Assembly: GCA_949358305.1 (NCBI GenBank)
Contig: OX442314.1
Location: 28,520,001-28,584,000, forward strand
Direction of reading: 5' to 3'
DNA length: 64,000 nt
From: Strigamia acuminata
Taxonomy: Eukaryota
Shown here: positions 63,201-64,000 of the stretch, in pieces
Layout: every line of letters starts with the position of its first letter
Position numbering within the stretch: the stretch's first letter is position 1
Notes under the pieces: generated by a model
Databases searched by the model: none
The model's input: the letters and a program-made list of their open reading frames with translations, nothing else
What the model was told of the DNA's origin: nothing
Position numbers and translations under genes: made by a program

Positions 63201-64000
63201 AAAGGGGCTAAGCTCTCTCAAAATGGATTCGATAGACGGCATCTGTATGGGATCTATTTCTGTCACCGCGTTTAATGGGCGGTAATCAATGCATAGGCGT
63301 GGGTCCGAGCCCGGGCGCATCACGAGCACAACTCGCGTCGCGTATTCTCCCTGGGCCTCGGAGACAATGCCACTGTCTAGCATTTCTTGGCACATTTTTT
63401 GCACTATTTCACGTTTTTGCGGGTTCATTCCCTTATACGCAACTCGTATAGGTTTATTATCCGTCAATTTAATTTCGTGAATAGCCCTATTCGTTCGGCC
63501 CGGTTTTTTCGACAGGATCCCCTCATATTTAAGTAGGACCCTTCGTAGGGCTGCCGCTTCGTTTAATTCTAAAGCGGCGTCGGCGACAAGCGTTTCCACT
63601 ACATTGTCCCGTTGCAATTCTGTTACGAATGCTTTAAAATCGTAATCTTGAACGAATTTCTTTAGGCCTTTCTCCCACTGTGTCTTGTCGGCCGCTTCTT
63701 TTACAAGAGCTGGTGGCACGACAATTGCGGGTCTTTCCTTATCATTTCTGATATAATTCCAAGATTTCGTTATTGGATTGGGTTGTATTTCCATTGACGC
63801 CATGAGGTCTAAGCCCAACAGAAAAATTCTGTCGCATGTGGGCAGGACCAGGAAAGGGTGCTGTTCTACTCCTCCGAGCCACTCCATGGTCAATAATATA
63901 ACTCCTTTTGGACGCGCCATTCCGTTGGCGGTTTTTAGACGTATATTTTTATTAACGCCTTTTATCTTATCGGTGAGACCCAATGATGCTACTATGTCTT
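60255..64000 (-). CDS. Gypsy pol (end of PR, RT, RH, IN), uninterrupted within the window
   Basis: FLLGLD protease C-terminus; RT MPFGL...AYLDDI; RH LHTDAS...ELECLA; IN HGHPLASH...CQRCQ, SVD, SDNG, VERLN; GPY motif. Confidence 0.97.
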   Translation of the reverse strand, partial: DIVASLGLTDKIKGVNKNIRLKTANGMARPKGVILLTMEWLGGVEQHPFLVLPTCDRIFLLGLDLMASMEIQPNPITKSWNYIRNDKERPAIVVPPALVKEAADKTQWEKGLKKFVQDYDFKAFVTELQRDNVVETLVADAALELNEAAALRRVLLKYEGILSKKPGRTNRAIHEIKLTDNKPIRVAYKGMNPQKREIVQKMCQEMLDSGIVSEAQGEYATRVVLVMRPGSDPRLCIDYRPLNAVTEIDPIQMPSIESILRELSPFSWVTTMDLSKGYWQVEMRPEDKLKTAFYSPIGRLMFNVMPFGLVNAPSTFQRLIESVLGDILHQFVWAYLDDIVIASKTFEEHIEHIDQVLTRLAKAGLHVHPGKSKFCRKELAFLGYRIGVNGLAIGPEKIDAINRFPPPEDVKGVQRFMGMINFFGRLLPGLAEVAAPVTDLLKNENEFVWSNECNIAFNAIKRMLTEVGVMPLPDLNRPFILHTDASRVGLGAALLQTHVRDGVEQDLPCMFISRKLQGAEKNYNATELECLAVVWAIRKFRDYLEYTKFVVHTDHQALQWLMKLKEPAGRLARWQLELMACDLTIQYKPGKYNVVADALSRAPVSDPIDADDDGEDDSRIIYCPTSCHRWDLRKMNEIPTASPADVKFCGFWTRLYQPAADNYPNARKEFKLERRINDPLLSAFHAHVGEQMQSSPPTREEIIVQQKLDKKCQDRARFVLTGKYPPNLTRRQKRRYAHESIDYLLDDGLLVKHHPNHQDDLSESDTAVKVVIPASLIGRVLWLLHGHPLASHAGVSRTLYRATQLFHWTGMKKDIALFVHQCQRCQACKPRSKSPFETIFLGPYAPFDCLSVDVMGPKPVTGNKNAYIIVIMDVATRWPELYAVARPSAEKIVECIYDVALRYGFPRKIISDNGPQFISKIWGKFCEKFGIVASHTSTYNPRTNPVERLNRDIKYALSIFTDIHNRWDEYLREIAFSIRTTVSRTRDFSPAYLNFAREVRVPWDPRVAESVNVVDPEKPHEYVYKLEQTISSTYKHMMAHIFNMRDRILQDKSGGKFVNFENNDLVWKDTHILSNAARGITASLADKRDGPYVIIGKHGGNAYKLRKLEDNTEHKSIQVRELTPYIPEFPQEMWAKGQVKSKTDGQIVDMFAGESEKAPPSDNEEYFDAPSPPVNEIVESVPDPILVGGETGETPETNTKNTDKKENNNEEVQTQKTTKNIVPASIRNLRPKRDNPFIKGGKVVGKK

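Larger units (their letters stand above)
55019..64000 (-). mobile_element. Ty3/Gypsy LTR retrotransposon, element 2 (5' part outside the window)
   Basis: 3' LTR, PPT, extra ORF and uninterrupted pol. Confidence 0.93.

Overview
Eukaryotic, AT-rich, short-intron invertebrate (arthropod-like) genomic DNA; no prokaryotic features or CRISPR. The left half (1-37 kb) is a compact gene cluster: a partial LRR gene (-), Disabled (-), BBS2 (+), a ZIP8/ZIP14-type SLC39 transporter (-), TFPT (+), Crk (-), PPIL2 (-) and an unusual DEG/ENaC gene that appears to encode two channel subunits fused in tandem (-). Introns carry many MITEs and minisatellites. The right half holds a ~1 kb near-perfect palindrome with tRNA-like Pol III boxes, a complete 13.6 kb Ty3/Gypsy LTR retrotransposon (39873-53486, -), a truncated duplicate of the tandem DEG/ENaC gene, and a second, divergent Gypsy element (55019 to beyond the window end, -) inserted into that duplicate. 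The most notable observation is that both Gypsy elements carry a ~950-codon, non-env extra ORF downstream of integrase. Each has signs of an internal promoter and a spliceosomal intron, and both share an upstream GCTACGG(G)GTC motif. Exon boundaries were read by eye and gene spans include introns.
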